Shown here in pieces: positions 13,001 through 27,389 of a stretch of 64,000 bases of DNA. The notes beneath the pieces were generated by a model. The model worked only from the letters and a program-made list of their open reading frames with translations. It did not search any database and was not told the DNA's origin. A program made the position numbers and the translations under genes. Each line of letters opens with the position of its first letter. The first letter of the stretch is position 1. The stretch comes from Tubiluchus corallicola (Eukaryota > Animalia > Priapulida). The stretch covers positions 958-64,957 of the forward strand of contig JAQGDQ010001075.1 of NCBI GenBank assembly GCA_030141605.1. Direction: 5' to 3'.

Positions 13001-16000
13001 GTGAAGTGTTGGTTTTCTGACTGTGTTGTGCAATAGGTATCATAAATCTTTATGCACGCAACATTAATTTACACAGATTTTGTGTGTGGATATTGTATAC
13101 AATTTTTGTGATCTCATTAATGGAAAAATGTACTTCGTAGTGGTATAGTATGTAAAAAATTAAAGCACAAGGTCAGGACGGTTTATTGACAGTATTTGCA
13201 TAACGTGGTCGCAGTAGTGAAAAAAGTTTGTTGATAATATTATTTGAACTTACCTTGCTAAACATCATATATTTGCGTGGTTGTTGGGCTACGTGCATTG
13301 TGCTGTTTTGAGTCATCTTACCGTGTCAATTCTTTAGTAAAACGAACTAAAAGAAAATAAACAGCTAATTTACACAATTTTTAACAATGAAAATTAGGCC
13401 AACCAAATGTGTAGTGTGCATTATGTATAACAATAATAATGTAATAGTAATAGGATATATGGCTGGTATAATATTAGCATACATGAGTTTACAAGTTACA
13501 CATTTTTTATTTCTTATTAATTTTGCTGTCAATGAAAAAATCAACGGTACAATGACAAAACATACATAATCAAAATTACTTTCAAAGCACTTGCAAAAAG
13601 TAAAATTATAGACAAAATTAGGGAATTAAAATGCACACAATAGTGTAATAATGTACCCACATGCAGTGATACTGATATTCCCATATTAATAGCATTTTTG
13701 CACTTACCGGTTAAACTTTGACATTCGTGATCCAGATATTTATTTGGATACTTAGCTTCCGAAACAACTAATACGTTCCTTCTCGCGTGCGTTCAAGTAT
13801 AATAACTAGAAACAGAATATTACGATCAACATAAAGAGCAGTAAAATTTAAATACAACTTAATTGTGCTCGATACGGCTTTCGTGGCTCATATGTATGCA
13901 CAAAGTCAAATACGTCGATGGGTATGAAAGACCACGTTTACTGTTTAGCCTGTTCTCATCACATGCGCTGCTTATGCCTGGCTTCACGGCTTGTCACACG
14001 TTGCTAACTAGCTTAAGTGCATTAACTCACCGTTAGGTGGGAGCAGCAAGATAGAAACGTTTTCCTGATTAGAAACGTTTGTTAAAATTTACTACTTCGA
14101 AACAAAAAAACTGTGATTGAATTGAATAAATTATTAAATATTTGCAGGAAACTGTAGCTTACTATTTCGCGTGCAAAACTTTGTCTAATATATTTAGTGT
14201 CACTGTCTATGGTGTCTCTCTACATTCGTCTGTTATAGTAATCACTGCAGTCTAACGTCTTTAGTACTTTTATTTAGGAAACTTTTGAATACTATCTTGT
14301 TATTTTTTATTGTGCCTCTATAATGTTACTAATCCAACTACTCTCGAACCGCTGTAAAAAGTGCACCAGATTATGGTGTTTTAAAACGAATTATCAATAA
14401 ATTTTGAAAAAGTTAAGTTTAAATTTATTAGGCATTAGAGAACGTTAAAATTTCATATTACATATTCTAAAACGCCATATAATAGATTTATGCAAAAATA
14501 CACAAAAAGATAAGATCTAAGAAGATGAGATAGATAACAGTAAAAGATAGATAACGGTAAAACAAAAAGACACATGACAAAAAGTAAAAACAAAAATAAA
14601 ATAAGCAAGAAAATTTAAAGAATGGTCCATGCAACGACTAGGGAATTATAGTATGGAATTAATATGATTTTCAGTTCTTTCGCTTCTGTTTTCGTTATCG
14701 CATTTGCCATTATGTCCAATTTTTTTATTACATGATTATCAGTCCAAGCAATAGATTAAACTGCAGTTATCTATTGTTCTAACACAGTTCTTGTTAAAGC
14801 TTTCGTTATTACAGGTGGCATGAGAGAAAAGAAAGGGCAACTTTATGGAAAGCACTGACTGTTATTGACCTCAGTTGAATTTTTATACGTTAAATATCGG
14901 TCCAATATTCCGACATGTTTGCGAATGTAGCTTGTGCAGTTTGCCAATTAACTTTTTATTTATTTTTTGTGCCTTCATGCGATAAATAAATGTCACTTAA
15001 CATTTTATTCATTTTAAGGTCGGTCTATCTTCTGGTGCACCTACTGTTTAATATCGATCAAGCACACCGCGACTTGTCCACAGGATGGCAGCACCAATCA
15101 ACAATCCACAAAATGCGTAACTAAATGTGAAACAAATAAGTTAACTGAGCAGAACATTTTTTACAAAAAAAATGTGCAGTTGGTACTTGTGATCAATACA
15201 AAATAAAAAATTAAAAAGTAAGATGCAACAGGAATCTAAAACATCCTAACAAATGTAACTTAACTGTGGCTGCTATCAGCTAACACTTGATTAAAGTTGT
15301 ATGGTAGGGTTGGTGAACCAGTATAATGAGTGAGTCATGTCTTGCTGGTCAACTAGTCAAGATATTGCGACTTAAAAAAAATTTCACATTTTCATTTAGT
15401 TTTTATGCAACTTGCCGAAAAGAAAGTCAGTAGCAACTCAGTGTAAAGGACTACATTAGAAAGGTGGAAATATGAATACAGGAAACGAATTTTTGTAACT
15501 AATTTTGCTCATTATAGGAGGAACTTAATAAGATTCTTCTACTTTAAAACCGGTGAAGGCATAGTTAGCAGGGAGATAATTCGCGTAAGGAATTCGACTA
15601 ATAACAGGTCCGGAGAAAAAGCGTGATCAATGAACCATAGTTTTGCATCTAGGAATGTCCCAGGTAAAATACGAGAAACACCAAAATCAAAGCGAATACC
15701 ACGAAAAAAACTGTCAACTTTTTGAAACAATCTTCGAGAGTTCCTGACTGAACTTAAAAGAGGCATAGAGGAACAAAAGCTGTCTTGAAATTTCTATATT
15801 TATTATACGTTCTTTCAGTTGATGGGTTAAAAGACTTCAAATAATTATAAAAAAGGCATTTTCGTTTTGCAAACATTAAATAAGTACAAAAATCATCAGT
15901 AGAATATAAGTACTATGGATGTAGTTGCTGCCTAAGGCTGATTACACGTGAATATCAGTGAAAGTAATGATAAAGATTATCGGATACTTGTGTTAGGTTT

Positions 16001-16216
16001 ACAAAAGTTAAAAGATTTATCTAAGTAGAAGAACTTTCAATGGAATATGAGTGCCGAGTGGGAGGGTAATTTACCAAAGGTTACACGGTGAGCAATTTGA
16101 GCAAGTGAGAGTAATGGCACTGCATATAGGTATAATGATTAGTAAGAGTCAGTATTAGTTCCCTGCTTATTATTTATGGCGACAGCAATCGAAGCGTTGG
16201 TAGGTTTAGTCTCGGC

Positions 16217-16233
16217 CTGTCTGTCTGCCTATA

Positions 16234-16289
<56 letters not shown>
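16217..16289. repeat. (CTGT)n microsatellite
   Basis: Direct read. Confidence 0.95.
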
Positions 16290-17899
16290 CGCCCGTCCGT
16301 AGGTCCGTTTGTCTGAATAGTTATTATTAATAAAGATGATCAATCAAAAATGTGTGACCAAAATACATTTGAAAGCTGATTCAACAGTCAATTAATTCTA
16401 GAAAGCAGATGCAAACGTAAACTCAAACTGACTGCTTCTCTTAGGACACTTCAAATCATTCAACTTTCAGTGTTTACAATGAAGTGAAATTTGTCTTCAG
16501 CATCAATGAAATTAGATCTACTGTAAGACTAAGTGGTGAAGAGTAGTAGTAAAATAATTTCTTGATAAAACGTGTTTAGCGTTTTTGTATTTAGTCCCAT
16601 TTTTTTCATTTTTGTTCACATTTAGTTTCACTGCCATGTACAAGAGCTACAAGAATTCTCAAACAAAATGACTCAGTTATTTCACTCAAGTTATGTGCAC
16701 ATTTAGTGTGAAAGTTTAAACGTTGTTTCCTAAGACCAAAATGCTAGGCGTTAATGAAAAATGCCAATTCCCGTACAAAGTTGTGAAATTTATGTTTTTT
16801 TAATTATGCTACAATAAAATTAGATCGCATTGCCTTGGTTTCAAATTTATACACGATCAGTCTAAAAGATTGATGCAAACAATGTGAGTTTAAACAAACT
16901 AAGTGAATTATCCCAGATAAACTTTGTGAATAATAATTAAAAGGTCTGCCAAATACTGGACGTTCAATCTTAACAAACAATATTGCTATTTTATACTGTA
17001 AAGTGGTGTCTGACAAGCTCCTGTAACAGCAAAAAACTTACATTAAAAAGTCAGATGAGAAGCCAAAAGGAGAGATGTTGGCTATATCGAGGTAGACCTC
17101 CGCTGGCTGATTCACGTTTGCTGATCTGATGTATTGTCTTATATGTAAAAACGCACCGTCAGACTGAGAGTGATCATGTTACGTCTAGTTATGGCTATTA
17201 AGAAATTGCAAGACGCGACAAAACAACGCCATTTATATGAAACGTTCATACATATAATGACGTGGGCAGCTTGATCAGTCAAGCATTAATCAGTCAAACA
17301 TCAGTGTCGTTTATATATTCTGTCTAAATATGCGTACTCCATCACTGTAATAATACCGACTATGCATGAGATTCATTCTTTAACACTCGTCCCAGATAGG
17401 CTGCTCTGGCTTCTCCTTCCAAATTACCGCATCAGAGACACTTTCTCTATCACTTTTTTCTGACGAAATTATAAAACTACCGTATTTGTTGAAGTGTTTA
17501 GTGTAGGTACTCTTGCAGCAGCAACAGTAGTATATTATTCATGTAGTTCCAGAGAATTTTGGAAAACCACTGATTTAGTTTTACGACATAGCATACAGAA
17601 ATTTGAAGTACTACAAAATATGATCAAACATACGTAAAGGTGGCAAGGACAACAAAGTTCGACGATCATATTTCAGCCAGTGCTTTCTACAGAGCCCATC
17701 TAATGAGTTTTTGAAAATGAGTTAATGAACGTTCACTGATGATGAAAGTCTAACAGTAACCTATGCAAGAAGCTTGTTTCAAATTGGTGGTATCGTACCA
17801 GAGAAGAAATCATTATAACCAGTTTTGTGTTTCGTACGAGGCTGGCTGCAACTCTGGCGCGAAAAGTGCGATTTACTATAAAGTGCAATGGTGACACAT

Positions 17900-20400
17900 T
17901 TGTAGAATAAACTTAAATATTAGTTTATAATCAATCAATTGGCCCTTATTTTGTCAGAGTATGATAATCCATTCTAGCTGACTACAATATTTAAATATCC
18001 TAATCTGAACGTTTTGTATGGGATTCATAATGTAGACTCTCTTCGCATATTGTAAACCGAACTAGCATAATCTAGTCTTGACAAAATAAATGTTAAGTAT
18101 AGCTGTGTAAATGTGTTAAGATTAAGATGACAAGAATGTCGCTTGATGACTAAAATCTGCATCACCTTTTTAATTAGTTTGAATTTAATGCCTTGAATTT
18201 AAATTCATCATCAACAAATAAACCCAAAGCGCGCTTAAATAATGAATAAATTTAAAACATTGAAGCGTGATTTTTATCGGCCCTTTTATAATCAAAAATG
18301 TAACCATCACCAACAGGGATTATTTTAGATTTGGCAGGATGACATCTCTTTCTATTCTGACCGGCCCCCGAGAAAAGTAAGTCAACATCGCACTGCAGTT
18401 GTTTACATTATCTCTGCGTCCTCTATAGTCACCATCACCTAGGTGCTTCTACGTTCAAAAACATATCACGCTCCACCTATTGACGTCATGCATTCTGTCC
18501 ACTGCCACTGCCCACGATGTATCATCCCTCAAACCTATGGTTGCTTTTCCTTACAAAAGCATGCTGTTCAACACATGCTACATTATATCTGGCTAGATTA
18601 TCCATTACGTGGTAGCAAATGACATGTCCCGCTGTGCTACACACTACATTCAGAGACTTACAGGTCTGTAGTTTGAATAGTTTTTTTTCTCATTTTAAAA
18701 AAATATGAGTTATGCGTGCATTTCTCCACGCGCTTGGCATCTCACACACAGTAAAAGAAGCATTTATAATATTTGCCATCGGTTCACAAAGAGAGTTATT
18801 ACGCTCTTTTGGACCACGTTTACGAAAAATATCAGGTGATGATTTACAAGAATTTAAATTACCAAAGAGTATCTTAACTTGGTCACGTGTAACAAGCAGT
18901 GGTTCAATATCACGACACAACTGCACGTATACTAACTGAGGATAAGTGAACATTAATTTTGGCCCTATACACACTAGTGAAGAATGAGTGTAAAATTTTA
19001 GCTTTATCAGGCGAACTACAGTTTGTATTGTCTACGTCGTCTTTTAATAATTTGTGGACTTTTATTAACTTTGTGGGTTACAGCACTTTTTGACACATCC
19101 TGACAAAACATTTAAGGGATTTCTTTTAACATTTGCAGCAATATCTTGTTCGCACGCCTTTCTTTTCCGAAGCAGCATAACTTTCATAATTACACACAGC
19201 CTTATTCTATAATCATTGATTAAATAATTGCCTTTTCTGACGTACTAATTCTAACAAATTGTTTATCATCCATGGAAGTCGCCTATTATACTTTCGCTAG
19301 GATCATATAATAGTAAGAAGGAACCATAGAATTTACAGTATACAATCTGCTCAAACTTACTACAAAAATTATTCCACATACTTTGAACTGAAGTTCCTAA
19401 TGTTGCATTACCCCAATTATATTATGCCACTTCTTAGACATTTATTTTATAATCGTCAGTGTTTAAGGCTAAGTTCTTGATTGGTAAAATGTGGATGGCT
19501 TATTATCAACTTTTGGTGTATTTCAACACAAAAAATGATCATTACTAAAAAGTGATGGTTGCATAGGTAAGTTGATTACAATATTATCATAATTAGTGAA
19601 AACCAAATCCGCTGATGATAGCTTCTGACCTTCCCTATATTTAGCATATGTTTCACTTAGTTTGTTAAAATACTGCTCGGCATTTGCATATCAGAAGTTA
19701 ATTCATTTAGCATTAATAGGTTTAGCGCGATTTCAAGATTTTTTGCATTTATGTTTTAAACTGTTGTCGTTTGTAGTATGATTCAGTTACTGCTCCTCTT
19801 TTTGTATGCGGTCCCTTTCCCTTAGTTAATGTGCCAGTTTTTTGTTCTTCATCTCTCTTGATTTGTGCTTAAAGCTCTTCCTTTTACTTTTTTGTTTGAA
19901 GGTTTTAAATCTGGTCTAACAAACACCACATCTGTGTCTTTGTTGTAATTTTAATTACTATGAAGTTTGGATCTTAATTTCTGGCAAAGGGGGAACATTT
20001 CAGGATTATTTTTGATTTCTTCTCTATCGTATTGTTCTTAGTTTTCATCAGTTTTCGTTTCGACATAGTTTAATACTACTCAGTTGGAGAACTAATTTCA
20101 ATATTATACCCGCTAGTGCTTATCATCCCATTTACCTTTACTTTGACCTCGTCAAAAGCAACAATGTCAGCTTTCCTTGAACTCTCATTATGTACGGCAA
20201 TTGCTCAAAACAATGTCACGTGAGAGAAAATAGGTTTGCTATTGTTTGAAATGTCGTGTACGCCGTTGTCAAACAAAGTCTTCAATTCACCAACAATGTC
20301 AGGTGATCAGTCACTAGTAAATTTTTAAAGTAAGCGTGATTTGCAGTTGTTATAAAATTCATTAAAATTTATAAACTTTTTATTACATTAGACAGAGTAC
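17900..20400 (-). mobile_element. Heavily decayed CR1/L2-group LINE (possible ORF1 remnant, endonuclease end, RT and thumb remnants)
   Basis: Minus-strand fragments appear in the expected order: SADLVFTN (endonuclease end), RRLPWMINN, SLCEPMANIINASFTVCEMPSAWRNARITHIF (ORF 18690-18974), KQLQCDVDLL...HPAKSK, LGLFVDDEFKF, LYLTFILSRLDYASSVY. Many stops and frameshifts; boundaries approximate. Confidence 0.75.
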
Positions 20401-23179
20401 ATCACCGCCAGTTAATGACATTAACTTTGTTGAGGAGTAGGTGACAGTGTCCGTCATTGACGATTACATGGAGTCTGTGTGTGTACTATACAGTCTCAAA
20501 AATAGTGCTATTCGTGATAAGCCCTTATGGCCTTATACTAGGTATTTGTGGTATAGCATTAAATATAATTAGCATGAATCACCTTCAAATATATTTGCAA
20601 ATTGCAAATATGCGTTCAGAATTTTGCAAACATGTGTTGTAAACATCGTAGCGTGTGTACGTCATCTCATTAATACAATTGTTTACTCATAAAGTGGCCA
20701 GGAATCAAGATACGATGTCTAAAGTACAAAAGTAAATCCAAAACGTCTCACATGGTAAGTGACAAGACCCCTGGATGGGCTAGGTAAATCGTACAGATCT
20801 TTTCTTGAAAAACAGCTCCGTAAAAATATGTTGCGATGCGTAAATTAGAATGCACAAGATAGAAAAATTATAAAATAGAAAAAGTGGAACTACGCAAAAA
20901 TAATGTTTTTTTACGTCATCATGGTATCACATTGCAGAAATTCATTTGGAACAAAATAACAACTGTTACTCAAACTCAAAATATCTAACCCAATGAACTT
21001 AAACGCGTTTTTATAACATACAGCGTCGTTTGAAATGATATGCTTCACTCATAAGTATTGGTAAAATGACTAACTTTATTAATATCACAAATAATTAGTT
21101 AAACTTCACCAGCCATCGTGCAAACCGCATAATCTGTACACATGCGCAGTTCAATCTAGTATACTACACACGTTAACGTCCAGATATAGTATAATCTCTT
21201 ACTAAATCACTTAACACTAAAACAGAAAGAAAAGTCAATTTTAAAACGTTCCCTGGTAAAACGATACTGCATCGCCATTCCAGTATGCAACACTAATTTA
21301 TCAAAAAAAAACATATTATTGATCTTATTGACAATATAAAGTAATGCTTAGTTAGTGAAGAGTGCACTACGCCCCGATTATTTTTTTAAACTTTACGCGA
21401 TGTTATCTAAACTTGTTTCAAACGATCTACCGTCAACTTCGTCACAATGGCTGCGCCTTATGGTCATTGCGGGAGTCTAAATTTACCGATAGTGCAAGTC
21501 CTGTAGGCAATAACACAGTGATATAAAATTTAAAGAGATTTGTTTAACTTGTATTTATGAAAAGCTTTTTTGTGCTTTACCTGCATTTCCATTATGATTT
21601 GAGCACATCACCATATTCCTATTGGACGTTTCTTCTAGAACAGTCTGTACAAAATATACATAATTATGAAAAATAAAAATTACTACACGTACTACTGACA
21701 TTCTAGTATAAATTGAACGCCGTGAAAAGTGTTTTATTTTAAGGACTGTTTGGTGTATCACATTAATTATTCAAGCGCTCCTCATTTACATGCTAGCAAA
21801 TCTAAGGCGTTTTAAAGGTCAGCATACACTCTGATTTCTAATTTTCTACAATTTTTCTCCAAACTTAGCAATCTTACATATTTAAAAAAAAGCCTTTCTT
21901 ACTGGAGCTCATTGATATGGCGTCGACAGTAACATTAGAAATGTGGTCCAAAACCAGCCCAGCAAGGTGTCCCTTCGATCACTAACTGAAGTTCAGTGGA
22001 AATTCAGAGTGCCTTATAGACCACATTATTCTCTGACTGTTAACAACGTAGTTTTTCAACAAAAGTCCAGCCGTCTTCACAAGTCACGGGCTGTGAGAAA
22101 CCTTCTCATTGCAAGATACCCGCCTTCCTAATGGATTGATCTCTGAGGTTCTCGATGTCACTGCGAAAGGTAGCGAAAATACTAAAAGAATGGCCAAGGT
22201 CTTCATTCATCCGTACCAACATTTAAAACATTTTGCATTGTTTGTTAAAAATATGGAAAATATATTGTGTACAGTAATTCCTGAGAAGACATCATGTATT
22301 TCTTTGTTATTTCTTTCTAGTCATTGCATAACTCATCAATAAAGCCAGAGCAGTTAGGAGATCATTACATACACTCATCACGTACGAGGTAGGCGTTGGA
22401 CCTGGCTAGATTCCATTCCCACTGTCATAAATATCCGTAGTCCAGGAGGGTGGGCGAACTATAAGTACAGAATGCTGGTTTGCATTAACATGACATTTCT
22501 ATATTAATAATTAATATAATAATAATAATATAATATATAATAATTAATTTTTTCACATTCCAAAAACCACTACCATCAACATTAGTGTCCTAGCGTGTAA
22601 CATTGCAGTGTACCACACTGTATAAAAAAGATTGACTTGCTTGCGATTTTCCTTGTTAAAGCTTTGCGTTACTTAATGGTAATTTTGATATTTTCAAAAG
22701 CGTGGTGAAATGGCTATATGCGGAATCATATCCTCGCGACAATGTAGCCACCAGACATGATATTGTCTTACATGCACATATGTTGACAGTCACTAAATCG
22801 TGTCACGTATTTCACAGACCTATGATTTCTCAAACAAAACTGCGAACGAGGACTTTTCATTATCTCAAATCAACTATCATAAGACTCGTGACGAGGTGTC
22901 GTCTATGGCCCACTATATAGAAAACTAACATCAACCATGAAAACTATAATAATTAATAAATTATCTATTTTTGCTACTTGTTAGCCTAGTCTGTCCGCAA
23001 GTCCTCATCAGGCAAATGTTTTAAAACGTTTTTATTTTGGTCAATAGTAGAAAATGGCGAACATATTCTACTCTACTGATTCCAAACTGGCATCCAAACT
23101 CTGCAGTGTGCTTACCTAGTTAGTATGTTCATGTCTGTGGCAGAACTGGAACCTATATATATATATATATATTTACGGA

Positions 23180-25640
23180 TTGGTTTAAACTGTATTTATT
23201 AGTACAATGAAAATGAAACAATATATATACATGAACAGCTGAAATCGTTTAACCCGACTGGCTGACAGGTTTATAAAAAAACATATAAAGGCCTCTCACC
23301 TGAGACAAGCACACTATCAAAAATCATTGAGAAATACAATATAACTTCATATATTAGTGGTATAACAGACAGTAAGACGTGCAAGAACATGGCGAAGATT
23401 AGTTGGGGGTGGATGATATAGAGATATGATAGATTGGACAATAAAATAGATGGTTAATGATACTCAGATATCGGCATATAAGATAAGGGTCTACGAATTT
23501 ATTAAGGTTACATAGTGTTTACAGATGCCCAAAATGCTCTTAGCTGAAAATTTGGTTATTTTCACCAGTATATACACCACAATTACGAATGCAATTCGAA
23601 ATGCAAGATTAGAAAAAATAGATAAGTAAATAAAAAATATGTTTTTATGCTGTCGAAAAGCTAACTTCCTGTTAACTATATTGTTGATAAAGTGGTGAGC
23701 AATGTGCGAATTATGTTGCTTTACGATGTAAATAATTACATATTTTGCATCTTTTCCTTGTCATGATAAAATCGACAGATGCTAGTGTAATATCTCTGCT
23801 AAAAGACGATGACTGATTAGGATCACAACCTAGTGTAATGTTAATGTTATTATTTACTGCAATTGGAAAAGGATTAATAGTGAGGAGCCGAGTATTTTCG
23901 AAATTTGGACATTCTAGAAAGAGTGTTTAGGATACTCAAATGGGGTTCCACATAAACAGTTAGGAGAATGAGCAATATAATTTGGAAAATTATGAGCAAC
24001 TAGGAGGCTGTTGCATAGCCTCATTCTCTTAAGATGAATTTGTCCCAAACGACAACCAAGGTAAATATAAGACGGAGGAGAGAAAGTTTGGAATTGGTCA
24101 AGATGATCAGTTTTACTTTTAAATTGTGCTAGGCATGCTACATTTTTAACATCTTTAGGAAATTCATTCCAGATGTATGGAGTTGATATGAAGAAGCAAT
24201 CACGATATAAGGTAGTTCTAGAGTAAGAAGTAGAGATATGGTTAGAATTAGCTACCAGCAATTTGGGAGACAGTTGCGTAATAGACTGAGTAGAAAAGTA
24301 GGAGTTATGCCATTGATAATTTTGTAGAATTGAACATTTTTGTACAGAGTACTCCTAACATTCAAAAGTAGAAGTCCCACTTCTGCAAAAAATCGACTAT
24401 GAGAAGTTCCTCTGAGAATTCCTATTATTATACAGAAGGCGGCCAGTTGAACTTCTAGCTGGGGACTGTGTAGCTCTGCAGTTATCCCATAAGCAACATG
24501 CACGTACTAAAATCGGTCTTATGAAGCTGATATATAAAGTCCCGAGAGTTTTCCGGTCTAATTAGCACTTGAAGCCTTGAATTAAATTTAGGCGGACTTT
24601 GGCTCTTGAGATTATGTTATTAATATGATCGGACCATAGTCCATTGGAGGAAAACGTAATAGTCCCAGATGCTGTGTTGTTTCAGGTCAGAGTTGTGTTC
24701 ACCATTGAAGTATAAAGGTGGGTGTAAAAGAATTGGTCTTTTGCTTGGAATGACTGAAGATTCGTTATTTTGAGGATTAAAACTGACCAGTCATTTTTGG
24801 ACTACGTTTTAATCTTTCTAGGTCATTATACAATGTTAATGCAGATTGGGGGGAATTATCTAGAGCTTCTACAATGAAATTATAAAAGTAAAGGAGCTTA
24901 TTATAGTTGAGTCGCCGGGAATGAAACCAGACTGAAGGGGAATTAGTATGTTGTTCAAGTTAGGTGATTAAATAAGTGAATAAAGAACATCTTTCAAATA
25001 CTTTGGAAATGGAACGATAATTAGTAACAAGTTTTTTCTCAGCTCTTTTAAATACGGGCAATGACTAGCTCTTTTCCACTGGGAAAATAACCTTCACTGA
25101 ACCTACAAGAGAAAATAGAAGAAAGAGGAAAAATACTGGGAGAATCTATCAGTAGATTGGAGCTAATAAGATCTGGTCCGGTTGCTATTCCCTTGACCAT
25201 GTTTTCAGTCATGAGGGAGGAGCTTAAAGAGTTTATGTGACGGTTTCTGTTCAGTATAGGAAGGGGTTATTTGTATTATTTATGGTCATAATGGACGAAA
25301 AGATATCATTAAACCCATTAGCTTTTTCAACTGAACGAAAAGCAAGTTGGTTGTTGTTTAGCAGAACGGGTGGGTATGCTGATGTAAAATTACCACGAAT
25401 TTTTGTAAGCAGTTTCCACCATAGTTTATCGTTCGAGAGTACAGAAGTTTGTATGGATGTGACAAGTCGTGAATTACAGTCTTGACGCGCTTTCCTGCTG
25501 GCCGTAACAGCTTTGATACGAAGAGAACGAAAGTGTGCCCAGTCACGAGGAAGGTTGGAGCATTTGGCTTTAGAGTGAGCAGAGTTACGTTTACGGATAG
25601 CAAACCACGGATTATCTTCTGAGAAGAAATAATAAGGTGA
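23180..25640 (-). mobile_element. 5'-truncated, decayed CR1/L2-group LINE ORF2 with 3' UTR
   Basis: Fragments: DNPWF..RKRN..H.KAK, KLWWKL, KANGFNDIFSS, ATGPDLIS, QSGFIPGDST, LVSFNP, YISFIRPI, FYKIING, RTTLY...FF....IWN, and a C-terminal CLCG..E..KH knuckle (ORFs 25251-25649, 24252-24503, 23914-24261). The 3' end reads aataaatacagtttaaac on the minus strand near 23180. Confidence 0.85.
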
Positions 25641-27182
25641 AATGGCCACGTTCAGATGTACATCCTCTCACAGTAAGAAAAATAGCCGGAAGCAGTATAG
25701 CAGACGAAGTAGTATGGCCTATAAGCTCTTTTCGTGGCTAATCCATTTATTAACCGAGCCCGTGTCGTTCGTCTTCTTTCGGTAAGCATACATAAACATA
25801 CGATAAAAGAAACATCAGACTTCACAACAATTACCCTATCGGCTAATAGCATGAAGCATGGAGGCGTTGAAAAAAACAATGAGCAAACCAAAATTTGGAC
25901 CTAGAACATTGTGATTCAGGTTGCACGCTCTATCATTTGTCCAGTCTAGCAAGATTGGTCAGAGATATCATTTAATTAACGGTATGTACTGTTGTGCACT
26001 TTTTCGTATGTCGGCTATTGTGGAGAGCTGTCAAGCATTTGAATCCATCTTTCAAGTATTAAAAACCTTTCAAAGATAAAAAAGTAATTTTGTTAATATT
26101 TTGCTTAAAATATCGAACTATAACCACTTTTTCCACACGATAAAGTTATTACTACTATTTTCTTTTAAATTCCAATGTGACCTACTTGATATTAGTTCTT
26201 GATAAAAGGAATAATGAAGTGTCAATTTTACTATATTTCTGCTGCAGTGCTGCCCCAGTTTTTGCATTATCTATCGTATTTATAGTAAATAAATTATATT
26301 ACTACTTGATAAATCTAGATCTTGAAAATTAAAATCCCTCATCAAAACTAAATTAATTGTGGGTGTGTAACGTCATTATTAAGCTTTGCTCCGCTTTACT
26401 AGTAAAGTCTAATTGTCTAACTCAGTAAAGATTTTAAACAAATAATATAACGTGTTATTAAAATCTTTTAATTTTCATTTAAATTCACAAAATTATTGTT
26501 TTGGCTATCATAATAGTCAATATAACAAAATTATAGACATTGTTACAATGTTTACACAGATGTGGACGCAGACGCAATAAACACACATGCGTAATAAAAT
26601 AAATATTGTTTTCATGTATAATAATTATTACATATGCTATAAAAACTATATAGTATCTTTGTTTAAAATAATATCACTGGGAAATGATGACTTGGTATCT
26701 TTGAAAACAATATTCACTCAACGTTTCATTGAAAATTCAGTTCTTCTCAAAATAAGAGAATTGTCTGCAAGTCTCCACCGAAAGTTACACGGCAATAAAG
26801 TTGAAACTTGATGACCAGATCAACTCATACAACGGGAGAAGGGCGACAGCACCTTTTTAACCTAGCCCTTGTCGGGTTGCCACTTCGAAGATCTGAAACT
26901 AGCATTCAGGACTTCTAGGCAAAAGAAACTCCCCGCAGTTCGTTCTTGCTTGACTAGAAGAATGCGTTGGTTTATCACAAGTCACTAACGACGAGTTGAA
27001 AGGCATCTTACCGTAAACCCTGCAAGAAGGTTAGCTTCCTTAACTGTTAACACCATTTCAATATGAGCGTCTCAAAGCAAACAAGACCGAAAACGTCGCT
27101 GGCAATGTTAACAACCCAATCAAGCATCATCGATGATTTAACCCATCCCCAGGCTTTCAGCATTTACCACTTTCACATTGGT

Positions 27183-27389
27183 TCAGTTCTTGTGTCGCCG
27201 CCGTCTTGATAATCTTGGTAAAAAACCAGCTGCACTTTGGCCAAGCGCTGTCCTGCACCCAGGCTTGGGTTGTCCATTCTTTTTCAAAGCGATGTAATAG
27301 CCTTTGTTCTTATATGCCCAAGACAGATAGTAAGTGTAACCTTGATGGAACCTTTGTATAAAAAACGATTCCTTGTTGTTTGGATCCGG
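27183..27389 (-). CDS. FGF: Fibroblast growth factor, last coding exon
   Basis: Acceptor ttttcatttcag|CCG, phase 0. Translation: PDPNNKESFFIQRFHQGYTYYLSWAYKNKGYYIALKKNGQPKPGCRTALGQSAAGFLPRLSRRRRHKN*. It carries the FGF C-terminal motifs Y..Y.S, YIALKKNG..K.G.RT..GQ.A..FLP. Not in the ORF track. Confidence 0.93.
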   Translation of the reverse strand, partial: PDPNNKESFFIQRFHQGYTYYLSWAYKNKGYYIALKKNGQPKPGCRTALGQSAAGFLPRLSRRRRHKN

